NCBI GenBank assembly: GCA_010093605.1
Contig: MU004181.1
Span: 1 to 64,000, forward strand
Length of the DNA: 64,000 bases
DNA from: Lophium mytilinum
Taxonomy: Eukaryota
Direction: 5' to 3'
Both the position numbers and the translations under genes were made by a program. Below, one piece after another: positions 13,515 through 24,991 of the stretch. The stretch's first letter is position 1; the number at the start of each line of letters is the position of its first letter. The notes under the pieces are model-generated. The model had not been told where the DNA came from. It saw nothing but the letters and a program-made list of their open reading frames with translations, and ran no database searches.

Positions 13515-14723
13515 ATGGCTCCTCCTGCCGAGTCCAAGGGGACAGAAGGCGCCAGAACCGCCGCCATCCCCCTTGTCTTCAACTGGATCCGGAGAGTAAC
13601 ACGAGGAAGACGTCAAGGCACCAGGATTACCAGCCATGGATTACACCATGGAAAGGGGCCCAATTTCGGGATTCCAGAACTTGAAGAAAAACCAGAAGAT
13701 CCACCACTCTCAATCGAAGTTCTTGCCGAAAGTTCTGAGCTATCTACGGATCTCGAGGAACGACCGAGAGATGAGCCTCCTTCAAGCAAAGATATTACGA
13801 ATGATGCGACGTGGTCTTTGGACCTACAGCATCTGCCCCAATTGCAAACTCTACCACAGTCACAGTCTTTCTTTCTAGGAAGACTTCCGCTTGAACTTCG
13901 CGAAATGATCTATCGAGAAGTGATCAGTGGTTCAGTGATCCATCTGTACAAGATCCAGGACGGCCTACGGGCTTATGATTGCTACAGACCGGACGGGCTG
14001 GCTTGTAAGTGCGGACATGTTGGCGCAGGGCCGGATTCTAGGATCGCGAGGAGGTTGGCGCTGCCTCTAACGTGTCGACAAATGTAAGTACTTAGACGTC
14101 TCCTCTCGATAGACGTGGTGGCACCAAGCCTTTCACTATACTGTAAACATTCTACTTACCGCAACAAAACTCCAATCGCCCCGTTGGCCCTCTCACATCT
14201 GTCGAGACTTGACCTTCGAGCCCCGTCTAACATGCGTTTCAGCCACCAAGAAGCCATCCCTATACTCTATTCCACCAACACCTACGTCACGTTAATCAAC
14301 AAAGATCTCGCCCCGGCACTAATCCATTTACCTCGTCTTCTCCACACAGACTCCTTTCATGCCATCAAATCGCTCTGCGTCCGCTGGAGCACCGATGGTG
14401 TATCTTACGCAACGTCTGAGCCAGAGTGGCCTTGGAGGCTCGTCTGGGAGACGATAGCATCAATGAAAGCCCTCCGCCATCTGCGTTTCCACGTTGATAT
14501 GTGGCATCCAGAGCCGAGCTCGTGGCGAGGCTGGTTTCGGCAGGAGAAGGGGCTGCTTCGCATAGCAGAGCAACATGCGGAGGAGATGGCATTAAACTCG
14601 TTCACGTTGAGTCTGCCGGATTCTAAGGGGGTGGCTGTCCTTCAAGGTGAACTTGCGGAAGGGATCAACATTGGAGGGCGGGTATATTCAGTCGAGCGGG
14701 GTTGTCCCTCAGATCGAGAGTGA
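13515..14723 (+). CDS. F-box-like (DUF7730-type) protein, paralog 3; exons 13515-14083, 14243-14723
   Basis: FLGRLPLELREMIYREVISG, spliced TCRQI-HQEAIPILYSTNTY, and WETIASMKALRHLRF. Start codon uncertain. Confidence 0.83.
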
Positions 14724-15007
14724 ATGATGGCGGTCAAACTCAACCTAACGTTGAATAGACATAGCTTACAAAGAAGCATAGCTCCTCTACGCCGAACTTC
14801 GTTCATGAAGTTGGCGCGAAATCACTCGCTGCAAACACGTCCACGTCTCGCGTGTCCCCGGGAATAGACGCCACACCCCAGATTTCGCCACCCGCTTCCC
14901 CGCACACCCTTGTCCCGATGCATTCCATCACAACCATCATCTGATTTCACTTCCACTCCAACGCTCTGTCGTTTCTCCCTCTTTCGAAAGGAAAGCAATA
15001 AATCAAC

Positions 15008-16028
15008 ATGGCCGAGTCTCACCGCAGCCCCATCTTCTGCCTTCATTTCCACCTCCTCCATCGCCCTCGTCGCCGCTCCTCCATATCTACCCTGCCCAAA
15101 CGTCGCAAATCCTCCCAGCTAGACCCACCCTTACCCCCAAAACCACGAAAACGCGCCCTCAGTATCCCACGCTCCCCTTCTATCTCCATTCCTCACACAA
15201 TTGATCAGAAATCCCTATTGTTTCGTCTGCCGCTGGAGATCAGACGCCTGATCTGGGCAGAGGTGCTCGGGGGCTACGTCATTCACTTCATTATGCCCAT
15301 GCGTATTTTGTCGCACTTTGTGTGTTCGGCGCCCGAAAAGGTGGTGTGTGGCTGTCGGATCAACGAGTTCAGAAGCTGTGGGAAGATGGCGCCCGGAGTC
15401 TTGAGCATCTTGGTCACGTGCCGGCAGATGTGAGAACCCCTTTCCCGTTTGTCCGCGATCGCTATACTTCTTTCTATTCCAAAGAAGGAACTACGAGAGG
15501 TCAGAAAGCTGATTAGGCTGAACTGTGATGTTTATGTGCCGATGCACGCTGATGCTGATGAAACGTAGATATTCCGAAGCAATCGAATACCTGTATTCCG
15601 CAAACACCTTCTCGCTACTCTACTCTAATCATCTCATCCACCTATCAACACTCCTCATCCCCGCTCGTTTGAACGCCATCCGTGTCCTACGTATCCGTTG
15701 GGCGATTCGTGGGCTTCCTTACTACGTTAGGCCTAGTGGGGAGCATCTTACGTTTCGGGAGGACACCGAGTACTGGCAGCAGTCATGGCGAGCCCTGGCT
15801 CAGATGAGAGGGTTGAGGGACTTGCGCATCAGGCTAGTGGATACGGTCTGGCAGAACCAGTGGCTGCAACTAGAGAGCAGGCTGATGGAGGGAGTCAGGG
15901 AGGTCAAGACGCCGAGGGTCTTTGAGGTTGTTTTGCCGTATGCCGAGAGTGACGTGGGTTTGGAAGTGGGCGAGACCGTATGTGTGTTCAGGAGGCCGGG
16001 CGAAGAAGCGGAACAAGATGTTGAATAG
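15008..16028 (+). CDS. F-box-like (DUF7730-type) protein, paralog 4; exons 15008-15429, 15569-16028
   Basis: LFRLPLEIRRLIWAEVLGG, spliced TCRQI-YSEAIEYLYSANTF, and WRALAQMRGLRDLRI. Confidence 0.87.
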
Positions 16029-17834
16029 GTCTGAAGAGCGCGTGTGTTGGAATGTTGATGTTGCACGCATTCAAACGCATTTGGCCCCCGAGTCAGACGA
16101 TCAAGCCGCCGCAAAGATTGTCGTCGAGTTCTGCGGCACCAATCGCGAAATTGTATCCGAGCCTCCCATGTTTTACGTTTTCTTCCGTGTCGGAGATCTC
16201 GTCGAGACCTCTGCCAGTAGCCTGATAGCATGGATAGTTACTTTTCAGACGCCTCTCGAAACGCAACACCTCTACAGACTCCGAACTTCCCGTAAAGGTA
16301 TCCATATTCAATGAGACTATTTGGCACACTCGGACACTGAGACATGAAGCAAGGCCATGGGTCTACTTGCTCAATTTTCTCCGCCAACTCTTTGCAGTAT
16401 TTCGAAAGGCAGCATCTCTTGTGATCTCGGATGATTCGTAAAATAGCTTCAATCGAACGCTGCACAGCACTCGGATGCCCGCTAATCAGGAAAAAGTTAG
16501 CTCACTCAAGTGGTTCAACACCGGCCAAGGTGGCCCGGAGTGCTATTCGGTTTGCCAAAGCTACTATTTCACGAATACCAATACCGCACTGGAGGACCTC
16601 CAGCGGTGAGAAACAAACGTGCATACGCACAAAAGTAGCGTATATATACCATACTTTACTGAAGTCTTAAATGGCCATTCTCTATTTGTTCTTAATTACC
16701 AAATTATTTTCTAAATGCGCTTGTCTACCACTGCTTGAAGTCCCTCAACGAGCTTCCACAGAGCCAAGAGGAAGGAGCTTGTATCCCGTGTACAATTCCG
16801 ATGATAGATCTTGTAAATGCGTTGGAGCACCCCAAGCAGTGGTATACAGGTGCACTCACTTGGATAAGTCAGAATGCTACATTTTCCGGGGGATCTTGCT
16901 GAGGATTTATCGAAAACTTCGGGCGACAACGGAGGGCTCGTTTCAGAGCAAGATTCGTTGAAAGGCGGTATAACTATTCTTACCATCACGTTTCAATCTG
17001 ACGTCTCCGGCAATGTTCCGAAGTAGACAGAAACCGTCTTCGTTTCAGGGAACGTGTTGGTTCAGCTGTCAGATGTCTGAAAATATGACAGGTATGCGAA
17101 TCAAGCATAACATGGGCCAAGGGCGATGTAAAAAGAGTGAGTGAAGACGGCAACTGTGGATTTTGTTTCAGCCGCAGTGTAGGTGCGTGTAAAGAGCTAC
17201 TTAAGAAAGAATGGAAATGTTGTAGTCGACAACAGCCAACTCTCGGTTCGAGAGATACAAGAGCACAACCATGCTAACAGCCAATGGCGCTGATTCTCCG
17301 GAATCGACTTTGATCTCAATCTGCCTTACAATGTAAGCTACGAGAGGTACCAATCCTTACTCTCATTCGATGAACAGGGTTATCGTAGGGACACCATGTA
17401 CGATGCACGTACAATCTCGTGTCTTTGTTAAGGATCATTGAACCCACGGTAAAGTGACCTATTCAGGGCACGAGACTATTGCATACTGTTTCGCGGATTC
17501 TGGTGTAGCAATCAATACCAAGCTGGCTACTAGAGACTGCGAAATACCTAGAAAGTAGAGAGGAATGAACTGATTGCCTCCGGGAAGGTTGAAGAATTTC
17601 GAGTTTGCTTTTTACTAGGTCATGCGAGAGTATAGCGTTGCTTGACAGGGTAGCCTGATGTGCCGCGCCCGTGTGAAAACTCTTTCGTAATGGCACGAGG
17701 TCTTGTGGTAGCCACTTAGGAAGAAGATAGCTGAGATGTATAAGATGGCTCTCTTCTCGCCTCTATCTCCTCTACCCTACTGAAATCTCACCCTCTGATA
17801 CTTGCTTCAGTAGTCTAGTTGAGTATCCTCAAAG

Positions 17835-18305
17835 ATGTCGAATAAGAAAGTCATTGCTGACACCATCGATGACATGCTCGGTACGTACCGGAACCTCTAT
17901 AATATGAATTAAGGTCTAACCAGATCAGCCAAAATCAAACGTGTCAATCCTTATCTCGCAAATCATAGGTTCCGCGTCGCATTTGGTCGAAGTGAACACG
18001 ATGTCTACGCAGTGCTTATTTGTTGTCCAAGAATTGATAGTGTTGTAGATCTGAATAGTCATGCAGACGTGTTCAAAGGGTTTACTATCTTTCTGTATGG
18101 ATATACGCCTATTTCGGACTCAAACGACGGTTATCTTGATGCCATACTCAGTCTCGAGCGGGCGGTTGACGACTGGGAAGCAGTGATCAATGGTATCATG
18201 CTTAAGGAGATCTGGTATGGTTTTGATGATGACGCCGAACAATCTGCGAGTATAATGGTGGGCGACTTGGGACACGACCTGCAGCGCCTGCAGCTGAGAG
18301 GATGA
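17835..18305 (+). CDS. Small hypothetical protein (~140 aa); exons 17835-17880, 17929-18305
   Basis: ATG at 17835. A GTACGT...CTAAC...CAG intron joins it in frame to ORF 18012-18305 (MSNKKVIADTIDDMLAKIKRV...). Confidence 0.65.
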
Positions 18306-18759
18306 GATTCGTAGATATTCGGTCTGTAGAATGTGATCCTAAATGCAACAGAACACAGCGAAAGTGGAATACTCTAGAGTAGCTTCCAGCAAGCATCAAT
18401 AGACCATGTCTGGGATAATGTATTTGGGCCTAGATCAATGCAGGAGAGCAAAAACATCACGGCTACCGAAAAAAAGCATCACTTGCGCGGCATCAGCCCT
18501 GCTATAATAAGTTGGTGATGTGCGGGAGCTGGTGGGCAAAATCCGAACAGCGGCATACAGGAAAGAGGCACTCTAGGCGTTGGCTCGTGATTTCTGCATC
18601 CATGGTTCGCCGTAACGGTCTCGTGGGGCCACCGCTCCCCTGGCCATGGTACGTTCTTGCAACGTCACCGAACCCATTATTGACACCGCTAGCTTTCCTC
18701 TTCACTCATAAGAAAACCCTCGATCCTTACCTCGACAACCTTCACCAGCTTATTTCCAG

Positions 18760-19941
18760 ATGGCGAAACCCCTATCTTCAAGTCATATTCCGGTGGAGCA
18801 ACCACCACCTTACGACGTCCCAGACCGAATACGTGAGCTGGAAAGCAACGTAGTCACGTTGCGGAACCTTGTCGACACCCTCCAGCCACGTCCACCTCCG
18901 ACTCGATGTGAATACAGATTTTTGAAACACCTCGATGCGCCCGCAAGCGAAAACTTCGACGACCCCAAGTGGATCAAGGAGGTTCTCCAAGAGCCTGGAA
19001 AGGTGGAAGTGGACAGATTCTGCTACCAAACACATCCCCCGTTGTCAGACTCGTCCGTGGAAGATGTCCAACCCGTAAAGCAAGCAAGCAGTTGTGACGT
19101 CCAGCTACTCTCCAGCACCTCCGAAACCTCTACGAACGCCGTGAAAGCACTCAAAGACTTCCTCTACATCTCCTTGCTCCTCACCTACAGCGACTCGGCA
19201 CACCATAAAGAAATCCTTCGGCATGACATCCAAAGTCATCAGGCTTGGTTGCGGTTGCATAAACTCCAATCACGACTAACAACGTTGTTTTTTCCAGTGG
19301 ATGGCTTTCGAATGTTCCCCTACGCTTGGTCCTACTTCGAAGCCGCGGACAGTCGCTCCATGAGAACACTTACGCTGGCTATTATTGAACCCTGTCGTGT
19401 GCTCGGGGTGTCACCAAGGGTCGCGCTCCTCATGCTGAGAATGTTCCCCTATGTCGCCAAGCCATGTCCGTTTCTACGATTCATCGGACGCAGAGAGCAG
19501 GTCTCAGCATTCTGGTACACATGCCCCCATGCCTTCGCCGCAAAACTCTGTTACGACGAACATTACCTGGTCGACATTGTTGCGCCTGACTTGGCATCAG
19601 CTGGCGCACTAAAAGAAATGATACGCCGAATGGCTTCTACATTCTTCGTGACTTTGAGGTCTTGGTCTGAATTCGAGCTCAATCCGATTGGCCAAAGGCG
19701 AGCCAAGTTCGCTAGGAAACCGTTCGACACCCTTGGCGAGGAAGACTGGCTCCGCAGACTGTGGATGAGGAGAGCCCTCAAGAGGCTACGTAAAGAGGCG
19801 GCTGTTGAACATCAAAGTCATCTTCCCGTCTGGTGTAGGAATTTGTTTGGGGCCCGGTCCCGCCGAAACGAGAGAACGGGCCTCTGCTACATCCTACGCA
19901 ATGGACTCGAATCGGCAGAGCACGAGCATGAAAGATCTTGA
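18760..19941 (+). CDS. Hypothetical protein (393 aa) with an N-terminal PPPY motif and short coiled coil
   Basis: Long single ORF with protein-like composition. No family recognised. Confidence 0.7.
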   Translation: MAKPLSSSHIPVEQPPPYDVPDRIRELESNVVTLRNLVDTLQPRPPPTRCEYRFLKHLDAPASENFDDPKWIKEVLQEPGKVEVDRFCYQTHPPLSDSSVEDVQPVKQASSCDVQLLSSTSETSTNAVKALKDFLYISLLLTYSDSAHHKEILRHDIQSHQAWLRLHKLQSRLTTLFFPVDGFRMFPYAWSYFEAADSRSMRTLTLAIIEPCRVLGVSPRVALLMLRMFPYVAKPCPFLRFIGRREQVSAFWYTCPHAFAAKLCYDEHYLVDIVAPDLASAGALKEMIRRMASTFFVTLRSWSEFELNPIGQRRAKFARKPFDTLGEEDWLRRLWMRRALKRLRKEAAVEHQSHLPVWCRNLFGARSRRNERTGLCYILRNGLESAEHEHERS

Positions 19942-20652
19942 TCAACTTAAGGCTGACGCGGTGAAAGAGACTATATTGACTCAAGAGACGGATTATACCA
20001 CGTAAGTGAGGCGAGATGCTGGTTAGTTGTAGAGTACGAGGCTGTCTGCATGTGGTCATCTCTCTTGTTCTCTTGGTTACGACATGGAGTATGCCGCATA
20101 AAGTATGTACCTTCGCATTTAATAGTTACTATATCGGGGTTGATGCAGTAAACTGAATGTGATTTACATACACGTCAGAATAGCTACGGACCACCGGAAG
20201 AGAAGATTCGAATTGACCACATTCAGCTTTACCTAGACCACTTCAATACAGCAAAGAAAATGTATATCGTAATCATGATGACTACGAGCGCTACGCTAGA
20301 TGAACTATTTCAGACTATATACAGTTGCCATCGTTTGGGTTGCTTGTACGCATAAAGTCATTGAATAGAATTCTTAGCGGGCCATGAAGATGTTATCAAC
20401 GCGAGGGCACACTCGGAGACAACGTCGGTACTCCCCTGTCTCTTGTGTAAGTTTTAGAGATCTTCAGGCTGTCACATAGCCAATGAGAGCCGTGTGTGGA
20501 ACCATGTGCGATGTTGAGCTATACACAAGAACCCCTCATTTCCAATTCTCGAACGCCATGCCCTCTGACTTCTTTCGCCATTGTCTCGAACTCAAGAGTG
20601 GATCTTTCTAGATCGCTCTTCAAGCGTCACGACTCTGATATAATCAAAGATC

Positions 20653-23600
20653 ATGGACGGCATCAGCGCCGCGGCCAGCGTGGTTGCGGTCTTCCAGCTG
20701 TCCAAACTACTGGTGCAATCTTGCAGCGAATACTGCGAAGACTTCAAGAACGCGAAAGAAGATATTCGACGTCTTCGGCAGGCAGCGACGGACCTCTACG
20801 ACATCCTTGAAGACCTCAAAGATATCTACGACAATGCGGACGCCGGAAAGCTATCTGCCCTCGCCCGACTGGTGGAGAAGGATGGAACTCTTGCCCAGTG
20901 CAAAACCGAAATCGAGGTCACTATGAGGAAGCTCGATGGTCACATTGATCCGGGCAAGGCATCGTCTGCACGGCTTCGCAAGTGTCTCATGTGGCCTTTC
21001 GACAAAAAGAAGATGGATGAGAAGATTGGGGCTCTGCAAAAGCATCGTGATGAAATTCAACTTGCTATAGCCTCAGATCAGCTGTGAGTCAAGCGATTTC
21101 TCAAATCTGTAATTCACAGAGTTGACACATTCAGATCAGTGACGTTATCTACCAAGGCCCAGATCACCGCTTTGCGAGCCGATGCCCTGATACGACAAGC
21201 GATCGAACTTCGCGAGAAGATAATAAAGTGGCTCCCAGGAGCTGATACATCCTCGAATTATAATGCGGCACAGAATCAACATCACAAGGGAACGTGCAGC
21301 TGGCTTTTCGAGACACAAGAGTATCGCGAATGGAAAGTGACCCCGCAATCTTTTCTTTGGCTTTATGGCATCCCTGGATGTGGAAAGACGGTCATGAGTT
21401 CGACGGTAATTGATGACCTACTTCAGAACTTTGAGCTTGACCACGCTCCCATCGTGGCTTACTTCTATTTCAGCTTTGGTTCGCAAAGAGACGGGACAAA
21501 CTTCCTTGCCTCTCTTATACAACAGCTTCTAGGGCAGTCTAAGGGTCACGAAGTACCAGAAGAGCTCAGACTATTGCACTTTCAATATCATGAAGGAACT
21601 GCGGTGCCCAGCGGGAAATTGATCAAGATCTTGCAGATTCTCTTAATCTCTATCTCAAGTATGGGGCACGAGATCTTCATTGTTATTGACGCAGTGGATG
21701 AATGTCCCAAAGGGGAGAGAAGGAACGCAGTGTTAGAGATCACAGAGTCTATTGCGGCATTCAAGTGCGATCGATTGCATGTTTTGCTAGCAAGTCGACC
21801 GGAACACGACATACGGCGAGCACTGAGCCCCATACTGACCGTAAATCCGGTGCCACTCGACCGGTATCATGTACAGTGTGATGTCGCTCTATACGTCCAA
21901 GCTCAAGTTCAAAATGATTCGATACTAAAGAAGTGGGACGATACAACGGCCCGAGAAATTGAACTGACCCTAGTCGATAAAGCAGAGGGAATGTAAGTTT
22001 CTATATAAACCCGAAGGCCCGTATCCTGGGAATATGCTAGTTGCTTACGTTGAGGAAAAAGGTTTCGTTGGGTGTATTGTCAGCTCGTCGAACTTCGCAA
22101 ATGCAGGACCAAGTCGAAATTGAAAAAAGCTTTGAAAACTCTGCCAGAGACCTTGGACGAGACATACACCCGTATACTAGACTCCATGGATTTCGATGAC
22201 AGGACCATTGCCCAACGTGCTCTGACCTGGCTCGCATTTGTCCCCTACGCGTACTCAACAGTGGAACAGGTGGCGGAAGCGGCCGCCGTAGACCCCTCAC
22301 AGGACGTAACCTTCGATGTGGAAGACCGTCTGCAAGATCCTGAGACGGATCTCTGCGATATTCTTGGCAGTTTGATTGTCATTTACGACCACGACGAGGA
22401 ACGCCTCGTCCGTTTAGCACATCTCACAGTCAAGGAGTATCTCCTCTCACAACGAACAGCCAAATATGGCATAACCGAACTCGGCGCCTATAGGTCGATT
22501 GTCGAAGTATCTGTGTCTTATCTGCTTGGGTTTTGTAATTTAAGCCAAGATCTCGAGATGTGGGCCAAATACAGACCTACGTTCTGCCTCCTTCCATTCA
22601 TTGCACGGACACTAACGCAGTATGTCAAAGATGGACATTGCGAATCGATCCCGCAGCTGACTACTCTTTTTCTTACCTTCAAGAAGTCAGAGGAGGCCTA
22701 TAAGGCCTGGATCAGTCAAAAAACCGAGAACGACTTTCACCTCTTGAGTGAAGCTGGCTATATAGCAAGCACGAGCATCGAATACCTGATGCATCTGGCC
22801 TGTGCCTGTGGGTTTCCAGAAGTTGTTAAAGTTCTACTTGAAGAGGGTGCGGATCCTCGCCGAATCTCTCCAACAGATCCGACATGTATTGGAATGAGCC
22901 CGTTACATTGTGCTGCTTGTGAAGGACACGCATGCATAGTTGGAATATTGATCGACCTGGGCGTTGAAGTGGATATCAGAGACCAAGAAATGAGAACGCC
23001 TCTTCTTTGTACAATGAAAGACCCTGGAGATATGCGCTACGCCGGTGCATTGGAGACCGCCCGTATGCTCATTCGGCATCGTGCCGATGTCAACGCAGAA
23101 GATGTGCATGGGGTGACGGTACTATATACTGCGGCAGAACGCAATACCAGAGATGTCATCGAGCTCTTGATCGCGAATGGAGCAAAGGTTGACTGCCCTG
23201 GAGCATCAGATCGGAATATAACACCACTTTATATTGCTGCTTGTCATGGACACGAGAAGGTCTTGGAATCTCTATTGAAATGTGGGGCCGAAATAGACCG
23301 GAAGAACAATTGTGGACAGTGTGCGTTGCATGGAGCTTCTGTCTGGCTTAATCCAGAGGCAGTCGAGGTGTTATTATGCCACGGAGCCTCCGTAAACACT
23401 ACCGATGACCACGGGGCAACGCCACTTCTCTACATGGGTTTAGCTCGTCGGTCTGGGCTACGGTTCGGCCTGACGGCAGATCGTCTACGCGAGGTGATTA
23501 TCCTCTTCCTTCAATATGGTGCAGATGTTCACGCAACCACCCGCTATGGAAAAGGAGTTATGGAATGTATCAAACGCTTCGACGAAGAAGCTCAAGAAGT

Positions 23601-23679
23601 TGCGAAACGACTGCTGTTTCCAGAACCGGTTGTCGATATTTCCGAGATTGATAACGATATCTGCGGTGGTAGCTCCTAG
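20653..23679 (+). CDS. Fungal NLR: HeLo-like N-terminal domain + NACHT NTPase + ankyrin repeats; exons 20653-21083, 21135-21992, 22062-23679
   Basis: N-terminus MDGISAAASVVAVFQLS...LMWPF. Walker A GIPGCGKT, Walker B IFIVIDAVDEC, spliced GMFRWVYCQL, LPETLDETY. Ankyrin motifs SPLHCAA, TPLYIAA, TPLLY. Confidence 0.93.
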
Positions 23680-24197
23680 ATTTAAATGTCAGTTCGGGAC
23701 TACTCAACACTCGGTAAAAGCCACGAGACAGGAATCTTCTTCCTATGCAGGTGAAGGTAGCTACGGTGACTTTTCTAGGTCGTCAACCTGGACAATCATT
23801 TGATAGGTCCCTTGTTGCACGCTCCAACACAACCTTGAGGCTTGCCTTACTCGGACGCTGCACGGCAATTGCCCATTGAGCAGTTCCCAAATCTCTCCGG
23901 GTTAGTATCCTACATGCAAGTTTGCAAAGTCTGTGTATTTTCAGACGCGTACGGAAATGTTCCCAGATGCTGAAAGCATAGGCCGGCGTTTGGCGTGAGG
24001 CTTCCTGCTCTTCAGCGGCAAATGCCGCGAAAAGCAGCCAGTAGCTACTACATATTTTGCGGAGGGAAAATGCTTGTCGGGTCGGCGACCTGTTCTCCAC
24101 GGGCTATTCCTTCGTTTTTGCTACAGTTATAGGACCACGATTATTCGCAGTTTCCTCCGCCAGACCAGCGCATCGTTCTATCCACAGCTTATTCATC

Positions 24198-24750
24198 ATG
24201 AGCATCACACGAGGAGAACCCGTGACTCATGCGCGCTTAAAGAAAGAGTTAGGAGACGTTTTGCCTTTGCCGGACGCTTCTGTGAAACAACTATGGCTTG
24301 CGTCCCATCACTTGCGCCAACACATTGCTAGTACGTCTTGATACTTGTTTTTGCGGGCCAACACTTCTAACAAGCAAGTTAGGCATGATTACCTGTCTAC
24401 GCCCGAGATATGTCGCAGTGAATGTTCTGACTGCGCGCAATCCCGCCGTAGATGACAAAGACAAGTCAAGATATTCGGCGGCAATCGTTGGTCGTCGAGA
24501 TAATGCGCGGAGGGAAGAAGAAGTCATATGCGGCCCTGCATACGGGAATTCAAGAAGGGAAGCGCTCTACGGATTGTTGGATACTGTGGAGGAGAAGGTG
24601 TGGGAGTGGTTGCATCCTGAACCTACTGAGCAGCCACAGGGTGATCAGATGGAAGAAAATGGAGCCAACTCGGAAGAGAGGGCGAACAAGAGAAGGAAGC
24701 CGAATGAGCCGACTGGGCTGACGGCGGTTGTTAGAGAAATGGGCATCTGA
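24198..24750 (+). CDS. Small hypothetical protein (~166 aa); exons 24198-24330, 24383-24750
   Basis: A GTACGT...CTAAC...TAG intron joins the MSITRGEPV... frame to ORF 24298-24750. Basic NLS-like KRRK near the C-terminus. Confidence 0.65.
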
Positions 24751-24991
24751 TTTTGAATGAAGGGTAGCTATTGGCGATGACGCAGCTATTCCTGTTAGCA
24801 GTCTTCTGTAGTGGATTCTAAAGTAGTCCAACGCTCTATCCTGTCAATTGAAATGAGCAATTGCGGCTCACTCTTACTTTGAAACTGCATTGTAGAACGC
24901 CCGCATATGCTAGGCAAGTGTGAAGACCCATTCAAACTTGATAATAATTAAATCCCAAGAGTATCCGTTCCATGCGATTGAAACAATTGCA

